A DNA stretch of 64,000 bases from Candidatus Avispirillum sp. (GCA_045641325.1 JAZUGU010000138.1:440-64439), one strand, 5' to 3'. Positions 1 to 7,695 are shown, numbered from the stretch's first letter. The notes: generated from the sequence alone by a model not told the origin. Numbers and translations: made by a program.

Positions 1-1328
1 AATTCAGAGGTTACAGTTATTTTCACAGAGTTTTTACAAGAATCGCATGTGATTTCAAATTCTTTTCCGGCAACTTTCCTTGATAAAAAATCTTTATCAG
101 ATACCAATTTTTCGACCTTATTCATGACAGAATCCATATTGACATTGCTGTCGGCTGAGTCATCACATACGGTCGTTTCTTCAGCAGGATCATCAAGTAA
201 TCGCTCATCAATGACTCGTTGGGCAGCTTTTCGTGCCGTTTCTAAGATGATATGGACTCCGCTTGCCCCAAGCCCTTTCGGAGTAAACTGTTTGTCAAAT
301 TCCTCTCCAAGTAAAATCATCATTGAACACAGTGTTTTTGTGAAATCCATATCTGCGCCGGTTTGACCGCTTTTATGAACGGCTACTGTAATTAAAGAAT
401 AAATTTCGTCTAATGCCTTTTGTAAGGTTTCGGTTAAATCACTATGGTGTTCCAAGAACAACATATCTCCGGTAAAATCGCTGTGAATACAACACCAACA
501 CATTGCAAGATCAAAGGTAGCAGATTTTTGTTTTGAGGTTATTTTGCAATCTTTAATCGCAAAATAAAGTATGAATGTCAAAAGGTTTTCGATGATTTCC
601 CGATTGTAAGATGGCTCGTTTATATCACAAGTTTTATCTGCTTCATCAAACAGAGTTTTTGCTTTTTTGAAGACTGAATTTATTGCGGTGCAAAAATCTG
701 TTGTGCCTGCGTAATTCCGAAGTGCTTCAAATTCTTTTTTGGCAACTTCCCGTTTTCTTTTTGCCTCTTCCTCTTGCCTTTTCTTTTTACAAGATTCCGA
801 ATACTCTTTTTCAATTTTTTCAAGGTTTTGATTCTTTTGATTGCAGAAATAATAGACTCCCCATCCTAAAACGGCAAATGCAACCAAACATACGATTCCA
901 AAAGAATCGGAATCTTCTCCGATTCCCGAAATCAAGCCTATAAATATTCCAATTGCCGCAATAGCAATGAGCCAAATGGATGTCTTGAAGTTTGAATTTG
1001 CATCCTGTTTCTTCCGTTCATATTCAGCTTCGCTCATATAACTGGCTGTGCCGGTAGTGTATCTTGAAGTTGTAACCGGTACGGAAATATCATCAAAATC
1101 GTTTGAAATGTTGTCATTGTCAAATGCACCTTCTGCACCCAGAAATCCGGCAAGTGTTGCCATTTCATCGTCGGAGGTATGACCAAGCCCCATTGCGAGA
1201 CCTGTGGCTGCCCATTTGTCCACCTTACCGTTTTCGTCACGGGTGGCTTCCACTGCACCTTTGATTTCAATGGTGTTACATATATCTTCAACTAACCAAT
1301 CCATAAATCCTTGTTCATCTTTTGCCAT
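1..1328 (-). CDS. hypothetical 2-TM membrane protein, N-terminal 442 codons only (ORF continues past the left edge)
   Basis: Not on the ORF track because it has no stop in the window. My reverse-complement translation from ATG 1328 (GGAGG 8 nt upstream) stays open to position 1: MAKDEQGFMDWLVEDICNTIEIKG... Two hydrophobic segments (IWLIAIAAIGIFIGLISGI, FGIVCLVAFAVLGWGVYYF) are followed by a K/E-rich coiled-coil-like stretch. No family recognised. Confidence 0.7.
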   Translation of the reverse strand, partial: MAKDEQGFMDWLVEDICNTIEIKGAVEATRDENGKVDKWAATGLAMGLGHTSDDEMATLAGFLGAEGAFDNDNISNDFDDISVPVTTSRYTTGTASYMSEAEYERKKQDANSNFKTSIWLIAIAAIGIFIGLISGIGEDSDSFGIVCLVAFAVLGWGVYYFCNQKNQNLEKIEKEYSESCKKKRQEEEAKRKREVAKKEFEALRNYAGTTDFCTAINSVFKKAKTLFDEADKTCDINEPSYNREIIENLLTFILYFAIKDCKITSKQKSATFDLAMCWCCIHSDFTGDMLFLEHHSDLTETLQKALDEIYSLITVAVHKSGQTGADMDFTKTLCSMMILLGEEFDKQFTPKGLGASGVHIILETARKAAQRVIDERLLDDPAEETTVCDDSADSNVNMDSVMNKVEKLVSDKDFLSRKVAGKEFEITCDSCKNSVKITVTSE

Positions 1329-1342
1329 ATCCTTATCCTCCA

Positions 1343-1843
1343 TCAGCTTGCTTGTATCAAAGCAACGCACTTATCAAAATCATAATCCAATTTCTTAAAC
1401 GCCACACATACTCCTATGCTACGGTAAATTTCCTCTATGTACTCCTCAAACGAATAATCATTTGTTATCGTAACAAAAAATGCCGTATAATGGTTAAGTA
1501 GAGTACCGCTTTCCACACGCAATACCCTTACGCCTTCATTTTTGGCGGAAATCTGTTTTACAAGAGATAATATTAACGAAGATCGGTCTTGCGTTTCTTG
1601 AAGTGTCGATTTTTCTTTTTTAGGTTTACTGATATAGTGAAAACATTGTTTTTCGATGCAATTATGCTGCTTGCGAAGCTTTTCTGTGAGAAACCCCGGA
1701 TGCTCTTTACATTGGCAATAGCCGCAACATTTACTACATCCAACGATTTTCCCGTCTATGCAATGTCGTTCATACAAGGAATGTTCTGCTTTTTCGTATA
1801 GAATATATTGGTTGATTTCTGTCGAATATAAAACATTATTCAT
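1343..1843 (-). CDS. hypothetical Cys-rich protein (166 aa)
   Basis: ORF track 1343..1852. ATG 1843 preferred (GAGGTG 6 nt upstream, MNNVLYSTEIN...). The Cys/His cluster CIDGKIVGCSKCCGYCQCKEHPG...HNCIEKQCFH suggests metal binding. Gaps of 10 nt and 14 nt to the neighbouring genes. No family recognised. Confidence 0.6.
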   Translation of the reverse strand: MNNVLYSTEINQYILYEKAEHSLYERHCIDGKIVGCSKCCGYCQCKEHPGFLTEKLRKQHNCIEKQCFHYISKPKKEKSTLQETQDRSSLILSLVKQISAKNEGVRVLRVESGTLLNHYTAFFVTITNDYSFEEYIEEIYRSIGVCVAFKKLDYDFDKCVALIQAS

Positions 1844-1853
1844 CTTGCACACC

Positions 1854-2177
1854 TCAATGCGAAGCGTGCATCAGAAAGACAGTGTTTCTATGTTCACGAC
1901 AGCATTTACACCTTTTAGGCACATTCCACCCTTGCTTATCAAAATATTTTTGAGATTTTGCCGAAAATACAAACTCTTTACCACAATCTTTACAAATAAT
2001 GTTGAAATCAGAATAATCTTCAAAATCATTGCAGTCTTGCTTCGCTGCAACCTGAATTTTGGGGATTTCAAAATGTACTTCAATTTTTACTTCGGTGTCA
2101 ATGTTTGCTTTACTCAGCAATGTAATTCTTTCAGAGATCAATTCGTTAATATCTTCAGTATATTTTGCCCAGCCCAT
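1854..2177 (-). CDS. zinc-ribbon domain protein (107 aa)
   Basis: ORF track 1854..2186 (GTG). ATG 2177 preferred (AAAGGAG 8 nt upstream). The C-terminal CKDCGKEFVFSAKSQKYFDKQGWNVPKRCKCCR fits the C-x2-C...PKRC-x2-CR pattern of the 'probable zinc-ribbon' (zf-trcl-like) family as I remember it. Confidence 0.6.
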   Translation of the reverse strand: MGWAKYTEDINELISERITLLSKANIDTEVKIEVHFEIPKIQVAAKQDCNDFEDYSDFNIICKDCGKEFVFSAKSQKYFDKQGWNVPKRCKCCREHRNTVFLMHASH

Positions 2178-2237
2178 ATAACACACTCCTTTGGCTTTTG
2201 TTTTCTGAGTATATTATAAGGGATGGGCATTCAAAGG

Positions 2238-2261
2238 TGTTAGGACAAGATTTGTCGTATT
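2238..2261 (-). promoter_or_regulatory. 24-bp operator-like box, copy 1 (+ strand TGTTAGGACAAGATTTGTCGTATT), upstream of the zinc-ribbon operon
   Basis: 22/24 identical to 3758..3781, and the two mismatches fall in the central spacer. Contains the inverted repeat GACAA-N3-TTGTC. In minus-strand sense it ends 19 nt upstream of a TATAAT (2213..2218), so it overlaps the -35 position. Confidence 0.55.
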
Positions 2262-2483
2262 CTAAATTGCTCTGAAAAAATCAGTAAATGAGACATCAAA
2301 ATAATCGGCAAGAGCTTGTATATCCATAATATTTGTGAGTTTTTCTTCGTTTATCCAACGGCTAACCGTACGTAATTCCAAACCGTAATCATCAGCAAAT
2401 GATTGTTGAGTCATATTATTTTCTTTTAGGAGACGGCGCAAATTCTTGCCGGTTATTTTTCCTGTGTAATTCTCGTTAGCCAT
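2262..2483 (-). CDS. XRE-family helix-turn-helix transcriptional regulator (73 aa)
   Basis: ORF track 2262..2600. ATG 2483 preferred (GGAGGGAG upstream, MANENYTGKITGKNLRRLLKENNMTQQSFADDYGLELRTVSRWINEE...). Typical Cro/C1 HTH signature (Q-x3-A-x3-G-x5-S-x2-E). Start overlaps the upstream gene by 8 nt. Confidence 0.85.
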   Translation of the reverse strand: MANENYTGKITGKNLRRLLKENNMTQQSFADDYGLELRTVSRWINEEKLTNIMDIQALADYFDVSFTDFFRAI

Positions 2484-3699
2484 TGTTACTCCCTCCGAGC
2501 CTTGCCGTAATGCGCTTATCCATACGCTCAAAGCCACCGTTATAAAGGGTAAATGGCAAACGGATCGGAACCTCAATTCCTCCTTTGGAAACCGGTCCAC
2601 ATGTTTTTTTGAGTGTCTTTATATAGTTTCCCCAACCATATAGTTCACTTCTGTTCTTATTAACGTAAATATATGTTCGTTCTTTTGCACGTTCTTCTAC
2701 AGGAATCGATTTAAGACCACATATTTGATCAACTGCCGCCATTTCTTGCTCATCTTCATCAGAATATTGAATCGGTTTGGCATCAGACCAAACAAACTCG
2801 CAAGAAAAATTCGTCAACTCCATGCCAAATTCTCGCATCTTTGCTTTTGTCTGTGGAAAGACTGTGACAAATTTTTGCAAAAGAGATGCATCACTAAAGA
2901 ATTCTTGACAGCGCCACGGATTGCTGTCAACAAACGCTTTAATTTTTGCGTACTCAAAGAAATCATCTAAATTTTCTTCTTTATAAATTTTGTGATAGCA
3001 TCTTACATTCTCATATGTAATCAATGTATCCGATGTAACTATGTCACAGGCTCGCAACCAACTTGCAAGAAAGTTCATTTCATTTATTTCGTCTGAAAGA
3101 AGTTCCGTTTCTATTGCTTTGTAGAACAATTCTTGAAGTCTGTCTGTCATATCGAGAAAAGATTGAATCATAGTTGGGCATTCCGGAAAAGAAATCATAG
3201 TTTGAGTAGAAATTCGTAAATCAGTGATTTCTGCGCCTTCGTGATATACGCCCGGCATAACAGCGTTGTATTCCTTTAATTGCCGAACAAGTCTTTCCTT
3301 GATAGACCGGATATCATATCTGTATCTAACCGAAATACCCTTATTAACTGCAAAAATAGCATTGAATAGTAATTCTTCGGCGGTCGGCTCGGGATCCTTA
3401 TATTTTTGATTCCATTCAATTAAATGCAGATATTGCTTATACAATTTGAAAAAGGGATATTTGTTCCAGTAGCGCATAGCCGCACAATCGTCGATATTTA
3501 AAATTTCATCTGGAGTGATGCCAAAATTGATACTGATTTTTGCAATAGTATCTTTATCAACTTTTCCAAGCTGAAATAGCGGAACTTCAATCGTTTGATC
3601 GGTATCTTCATCATAATCATGAAAGAATCCATAATCATTCATAGAATACAGATCAAATAATTTTGAAACATATTTTGTTATTTTTTCGGTCTTCTTCAT
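2476..3699 (-). CDS. hypothetical protein (407 aa), translationally coupled to the XRE regulator
   Basis: Long ORF with GGAGA 8 nt upstream of ATG 3699. Acidic and apparently helical. No catalytic motif or family recognised. The 3' end overlaps the HTH gene start. Confidence 0.75.
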   Translation of the reverse strand: MKKTEKITKYVSKLFDLYSMNDYGFFHDYDEDTDQTIEVPLFQLGKVDKDTIAKISINFGITPDEILNIDDCAAMRYWNKYPFFKLYKQYLHLIEWNQKYKDPEPTAEELLFNAIFAVNKGISVRYRYDIRSIKERLVRQLKEYNAVMPGVYHEGAEITDLRISTQTMISFPECPTMIQSFLDMTDRLQELFYKAIETELLSDEINEMNFLASWLRACDIVTSDTLITYENVRCYHKIYKEENLDDFFEYAKIKAFVDSNPWRCQEFFSDASLLQKFVTVFPQTKAKMREFGMELTNFSCEFVWSDAKPIQYSDEDEQEMAAVDQICGLKSIPVEERAKERTYIYVNKNRSELYGWGNYIKTLKKTCGPVSKGGIEVPIRLPFTLYNGGFERMDKRITARLGGSNNG

Positions 3700-3757
3700 A
3701 TGTGCTTGTCTCCTTTTCTGTTGAGATGATTTAATTATAACAACAGAAATGCAATTA

Positions 3758-3781
3758 TGTTAGGACAACTTTTGTCGTATT
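3758..3781 (-). promoter_or_regulatory. 24-bp operator-like box, copy 2 (+ strand TGTTAGGACAACTTTTGTCGTATT), upstream of the 407-aa/XRE operon
   Basis: Same box as 2238..2261. Ends 18 nt upstream (minus sense) of a TATAAT (3734..3739), which lies 35 nt from ATG 3699. The other copy shows the same geometry (36 nt). Confidence 0.55.
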
Positions 3782-3820
3782 GATGTTTTAGAACCTTTTG
3801 GATATACAAGCCTTTTTCAT

Positions 3821-4273
3821 TTATATTTTCAACCATTTTTGATATGCTTCTCCTCGTTTTAGAGAAAATTGTGATTGCAGTCCTTTTTCCAAAGCCTTTT
3901 TTTCGTTTTCCAACTCAACTTCGGTTTTGTTATGACAAGTACCATGATTTTGAGCATATTCTATATCTCCAATTAGGATATTGCATTTTTCAGCAGTCTG
4001 TATGATGTTGTTTCGTAATTTGCCATATTCTTCATTAAAAAGTGCGACCACTTCCTGTTCTGAGTACTTTGTAATATGTTTCATTTCTCCTTGCCAACCC
4101 CAACAAGGTAGTATTTCAAAAACAAATTTCTCAAAATCATCTAATGTTTTCGCTCTCCTATCAAACAAGGCTATTCTTTCCTGGCGATGATAAATACGTA
4201 TAGCCGTAATTATAGCGCCAACTGCACCAAGTCCAGAGAGTGCAGTGAATATCATTATAAAGCAATCATACAT
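3821..4273 (-). CDS. hypothetical single-pass membrane protein (150 aa)
   Basis: N-terminal hydrophobic helix FIMIFTALSGLGAVGAIITAI. GGAG in the preceding ORF's last codons. Starts 4 nt after the stop of the small ORF 4278..4442. No family recognised. Confidence 0.65.
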   Translation of the reverse strand: MYDCFIMIFTALSGLGAVGAIITAIRIYHRQERIALFDRRAKTLDDFEKFVFEILPCWGWQGEMKHITKYSEQEVVALFNEEYGKLRNNIIQTAEKCNILIGDIEYAQNHGTCHNKTEVELENEKKALEKGLQSQFSLKRGEAYQKWLKI

Positions 4274-4277
4274 ATAC

Positions 4278-4442
4278 TTAATTCTCCTTACTTACTGCTG
4301 CATTGTACGGCTCCGTCAAAAACTCTTTGATCGTTCTCAGCACCGTATCGTAATCATCGGTCTTTGTATCAATCTTCCGGCAGAATGCTTTCCATTTCTT
4401 CTGCATCGCATCATCGCTGCCGTAATTATCAGTGCCGACCAT
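4278..4442 (-). pseudogene. 54-codon ORF, probable remnant of an AbiEii (DUF1814 nucleotidyltransferase) toxin gene
   Basis: Below the ORF-track cut-off; hand translated as MVGTDNYGSDDAMQKKWKAFCRKIDTKTDDYDTVLRTIKEFLTEPYNAAVSKEN*. The ATG overlaps the abiEi stop, which is the position where abiEii normally starts. The W-x2-F/Y...Y...V-x3-I-x2-FL tail resembles AbiEii C-termini as I remember them. About 230 codons of a normal AbiEii are missing. Confidence 0.4.
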
Positions 4443-5052
4443 TCAGCAGCACCTCCATTACATTCATCATTTTTTTGTAAACGCCCATTTCCTTTGCGTA
4501 TTTGGAAAGGTTAGCAAGGTTTTTCTTTTCGTCCGAAACATAAGCGTTGACCGCTTTGTTGAATATCTCATTATCGAGTTTTGTGCGGTATTTGAAACAG
4601 TCACAGATCGTGCGCTCCCGGTCATATACGGGAAGCATTACACCGTTGAACGTGCCGGTCGTTTCGCCCAAGTGGTACATATCGTTCTGAACATAATACG
4701 CCTTGACCGGGACTTCTTCCCGTATTACTTTCACTGTTCTGGAAAAAGAATACGGAACGGCAATCGTCCATTCGCGTGGTGCAAAATCGCTGTAGCCATA
4801 ATAGAACAGCGCCGATTCAACACAGACGATACCTTGTTTGATCAATCCGGCAAGGATGTATTCCTCTTTGGGTGCATCGTTGTTTGCCAGCTTATAATAA
4901 CCGTACCTTACTCTCTCTATATATCCCCGCTTAATTAGTGAAACGACATCTTTTTCTTGCAATCCTGCTTTTAGCAGGTCCGACTTTTTGGCAATTTCAC
5001 CGATCGTGTGAAATACTTTATCTGCTATATCGTACGGTGTCAAACGATTCAC
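4429..5052 (-). CDS. abiEi: AbiEi-family type IV toxin-antitoxin antitoxin / transcriptional regulator
   Basis: 207 aa. The N-terminal winged-helix-like part (GLQEKDVVSLIKRGYIERVRYGYYKL) and C-terminal part (CVESALFYYGYSDF...ERTICDCF) match the AbiEi_4-type architecture. GTG start. Confidence 0.75.
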   Translation of the reverse strand: MNRLTPYDIADKVFHTIGEIAKKSDLLKAGLQEKDVVSLIKRGYIERVRYGYYKLANNDAPKEEYILAGLIKQGIVCVESALFYYGYSDFAPREWTIAVPYSFSRTVKVIREEVPVKAYYVQNDMYHLGETTGTFNGVMLPVYDRERTICDCFKYRTKLDNEIFNKAVNAYVSDEKKNLANLSKYAKEMGVYKKMMNVMEVLLNGRH

Positions 5053-5170
5053 CTACCTCTCGACAGAATAGTAGCATCATACTCGTTCATATTGTACTAC
5101 ATATTTTCCTAAAAAATCAATAGCTACGCACGAACTCATAAAAATAATCGTGCATTTTTGTGAAAATCTC

Positions 5171-5199
5171 TTGCAATCATTCTGAAAGTGTGCTATACT
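5171..5199 (+). promoter_or_regulatory. sigma-70/SigA-type promoter (TTGCAA-17-TATACT with TG extension)
   Basis: TTGCAA 5171..5176, 17-nt spacer, TGc-TATACT 5191..5199. Divergent from the abiEi promoter region. Confidence 0.5.
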
Positions 5200-5205
5200 A
5201 TCATC

Positions 5206-5435
5206 AGCGAACAGAAAGTTTTATGCGATTACCCGGTGATATGATTTTGATACTAAACTTCGTACAATCCGATACAGTTCGAACAGATGTTCGCGTATTT
5301 CCCCTGAAAATACGGGAAAATGAACAGCCGCAAGCTATGAATAAATGTGAATTTGGCGAGTGGGAATAAGTTTCCGACGGCTTAAATGAAAATAATCCTA
5401 TCCGGCGGCAGGGAGAAATCCCTGCCGCCTTTAAA
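5206..5435 (+). ncRNA. candidate small RNA or leader (promoter-to-terminator unit, about 230 nt)
   Basis: Bounded by the promoter at 5171..5199 and the hairpin GGCGGCAGGGA-GAAA-TCCCTGCCGCC (5404..5429) followed by TTTAAATT. Internal pairings include GCGAACA/TGTTCGC and two mutually exclusive hairpins, CGTATTT/AAATACG and TTTCCC/GGGAAA. Triple GAACAG. Not recognised as a known family. Confidence 0.25.
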
Positions 5436-5458
5436 TTCTGCTGTACCACACGTCTTTG

Positions 5459-5487
5459 TTGACAAATCGTCCCGCCTCGGTTAAAAT
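5459..5487 (+). promoter_or_regulatory. promoter of the BNR-repeat gene (TTGACA-17-TAAAAT)
   Basis: TTGACA 5459..5464, 17-nt spacer, TAAAAT 5482..5487. Confidence 0.55.
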
Positions 5488-5546
5488 TGATAATGAAAAA
5501 TAACGATTACATTCTTGAAATAAAGCAGCGCTTGAAAGGGAAAGCA

Positions 5547-6623
5547 ATGAAGCAAATTAAGAAAATCTCATCAGTTCACCTTGATGCTGGTACGTTCGCG
5601 GTGGACAATGCCGACGGCGGCGATGGAAGGCTTCTTGTAGGAGTGCAGGGAGTCGGCTCAAAATACGGGATTTATTCCGAGGACGGCGGCGAAAGCTGGA
5701 AGCGAATAGACGGGCGTTTCGATACCCCGCGCATGATAAGGCTGCAGGACGGCACGTATTTCGGTATGGGTATCGACACGCCGATCAAGTATCATGTGAA
5801 CATTAAGAAACAAAAGAAATTTCCGCACGTGCTTCAAATGAAATACGCTGAGAGCTTTGACGCCATTCTCGACGAGGATATTCAGACAGACTTTTTCTGT
5901 GTCGACATTCCGGACCTCAATTTCGGATACGGTGACGGACTGGACCCGAAGGAGTATCAGCTTGGCTACGTAAGCCTTTTCAACCAGCTGGATAACGGCG
6001 ACATTTTGGGCGCTATGTACGGGCAGTTCAAGGCAGATAAGTCAAAGCTTGACTATTTCAAGGATTACTACGATATGTACCAGTACCGTACGTGGATGAT
6101 CGTCTCTCACGATAACGGACATACTTTCAGTTATCTTTCAACTGTCGCCGACTGCATGACCTATCCGGGACTGGCAGGTGAAGGCGAGGGCTTCTGCGAG
6201 CCGGACATTCTTGATCTCGGCGGCGGCGAGGTCATTTGCGTAATGCGTACACAGGGCCACGAGGTATATACACCCATGTATATCTGCCGCTCATACGACT
6301 ACGGTAAAACGTGGGATGCACCGCAGAAAATTTGTGATTACGGTGTATATCCCAGACTTCTGAAACTGTCTGACGGCACTCTGGTATGTGCTTCGGGAAA
6401 ATGGGACTCTTTCCTGCTCTTCTCCGAGGACAAAGGAAAAACTTGGTCTGCGCCTTATGTCTTTAAGGAGAATAAAGGGCAGTGGGAACGTGGTCCGTCG
6501 GGCTATTGCTCAATTTTCGAGACAGCGCCGAATGAGCTTCTCGTAGTCTATGATGACGCTGAAAAAGAAGTATCGCCCGGCTTCTGGCGTACAGTATACG
6601 CGGAAAAATTCAAAATTGAATAA
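5547..6623 (+). CDS. BNR/Asp-box repeat protein (sialidase-fold, exo-alpha-sialidase-like)
   Basis: Four S-x-D-x-G-x-T-W-type Asp boxes (SEDGGESW, SHDNGHTF, SYDYGKTW, SEDKGKTW). The ORF track starts at TTG 5487. ATG 5547 preferred (GGGAAAG upstream, and it lies downstream of the promoter at 5459..5487). Confidence 0.8.
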   Translation: MKQIKKISSVHLDAGTFAVDNADGGDGRLLVGVQGVGSKYGIYSEDGGESWKRIDGRFDTPRMIRLQDGTYFGMGIDTPIKYHVNIKKQKKFPHVLQMKYAESFDAILDEDIQTDFFCVDIPDLNFGYGDGLDPKEYQLGYVSLFNQLDNGDILGAMYGQFKADKSKLDYFKDYYDMYQYRTWMIVSHDNGHTFSYLSTVADCMTYPGLAGEGEGFCEPDILDLGGGEVICVMRTQGHEVYTPMYICRSYDYGKTWDAPQKICDYGVYPRLLKLSDGTLVCASGKWDSFLLFSEDKGKTWSAPYVFKENKGQWERGPSGYCSIFETAPNELLVVYDDAEKEVSPGFWRTVYAEKFKIE

Positions 6624-6681
6624 AAGTATTACTGCAGCGCAAAATCACAAAAATGATTTGATCATTTCAAAACACTAAGGC

Positions 6682-6711
6682 GGCGGGGAAGTTTCCCCCC
6701 CGCCTTTATAT
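6682..6711 (+). terminator. intrinsic terminator between convergent BNR gene and argF
   Basis: GGCGGGG...CCCCGCC stem followed by TTTATATT. Confidence 0.5.
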
Positions 6712-7695
6712 TCATAGAGTTGCCGCCATGACGGCTTTTATTGTGTGCATACGGTTTTCGGCTTCGTCAAAGACGATGGACTGTTCGCTTTCGAACACTT
6801 CGTGTGTGACTTCCATACAAGTTATACCGAACTTATCGTATATCTCTTTTCCCACCTTGGTATTAAGGTCATGGAATGCGGGCAGACAATGCATGAATCT
6901 GCATTGAGATCCTGCGTTGTCCATCAGCGCTTTGTTGACCTGATAGGGGGACAGCTCTCCGATCCTTTCCTCCCATACGCTGTCGGGCTCTCCCATGGAC
7001 ACCCAAACATCTGTATATATAACGTCGGCGTTCTTTGTAGCATCCATGGGATCTTCAATGAACTCGAGAACTGCGCCTGTATCTGCGGCTATCTTTTCAC
7101 ATTCCGAGATCAGCTCCGGCGCGGGGAAATACTTTTTCGGAGCACATGCAACGAAATTCATACCCATTTTTGCACATCCGACCATAAGTGAATTGCCCAT
7201 GTTATAGCGGGCGTCGCCCATATATACCAGTTTTTTTCCTGCAAGTGTGCCGAAATGCTCACAGATCGTCAGAAAATCCGCAAGGATCTGTGTGGGATGA
7301 AATTCATTGGTGAGGCCGTTCCATACGGGAACGCCCGCATATTTTGCGAGCTCTTCAACTATTTCCTGTCCGAATCCTCTGTATTCGATACCGTCAAACA
7401 TTCTGCCGAGCACGCGCGCGGTATCCGCTATACTTTCCTTTTTGCCTATCTGTGAGCCGGAGGGATCAAGATAGGTGGGATGCATGCCGAGATCGGTAGC
7501 CGCTACCTCAAAGGAACAGCGTGTTCTGGTACTCGTTTTTTCAAATATGAGTGCTATGTTTTTGCCCTCGCAGATCCTATGAGGGATACCAGCTTTTTTC
7601 TTTGCTTTCAGATCAGCCGCAAGATCAAGTAATCCCGAAATTTCCTCGGGTGTGAAATCAAGAAGCTTTAAAAAATTTTTGCCTTTAAGATCCAT
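6712..7695 (-). CDS. argF: ornithine carbamoyltransferase
   Basis: STRTR, HPTQ and HCLP motifs ([31 protein letters not shown]). 327 aa. Confidence 0.95.
   Translation of the reverse strand: MDLKGKNFLKLLDFTPEEISGLLDLAADLKAKKKAGIPHRICEGKNIALIFEKTSTRTRCSFEVAATDLGMHPTYLDPSGSQIGKKESIADTARVLGRMFDGIEYRGFGQEIVEELAKYAGVPVWNGLTNEFHPTQILADFLTICEHFGTLAGKKLVYMGDARYNMGNSLMVGCAKMGMNFVACAPKKYFPAPELISECEKIAADTGAVLEFIEDPMDATKNADVIYTDVWVSMGEPDSVWEERIGELSPYQVNKALMDNAGSQCRFMHCLPAFHDLNTKVGKEIYDKFGITCMEVTHEVFESEQSIVFDEAENRMHTIKAVMAATL

Noticed and set aside
49-1398. Track ORFs 49..366(+), 683..943(+), 1034..1291(-), 1204..1398(+)
   Set aside because: All overlap the edge-truncated minus-strand ORF 1..1328, which is open for 442 codons, has a strong SD and fits the operon. 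These ORFs are low-complexity shadow frames.
5160-5369. 69-aa plus-strand ORF (and its internal 48-aa version)
   Set aside because: The long version begins upstream of the predicted promoter. The 48-aa version has only a weak AGAAAG SD and no recognisable features. It is kept only as an alternative within the sRNA/leader finding.
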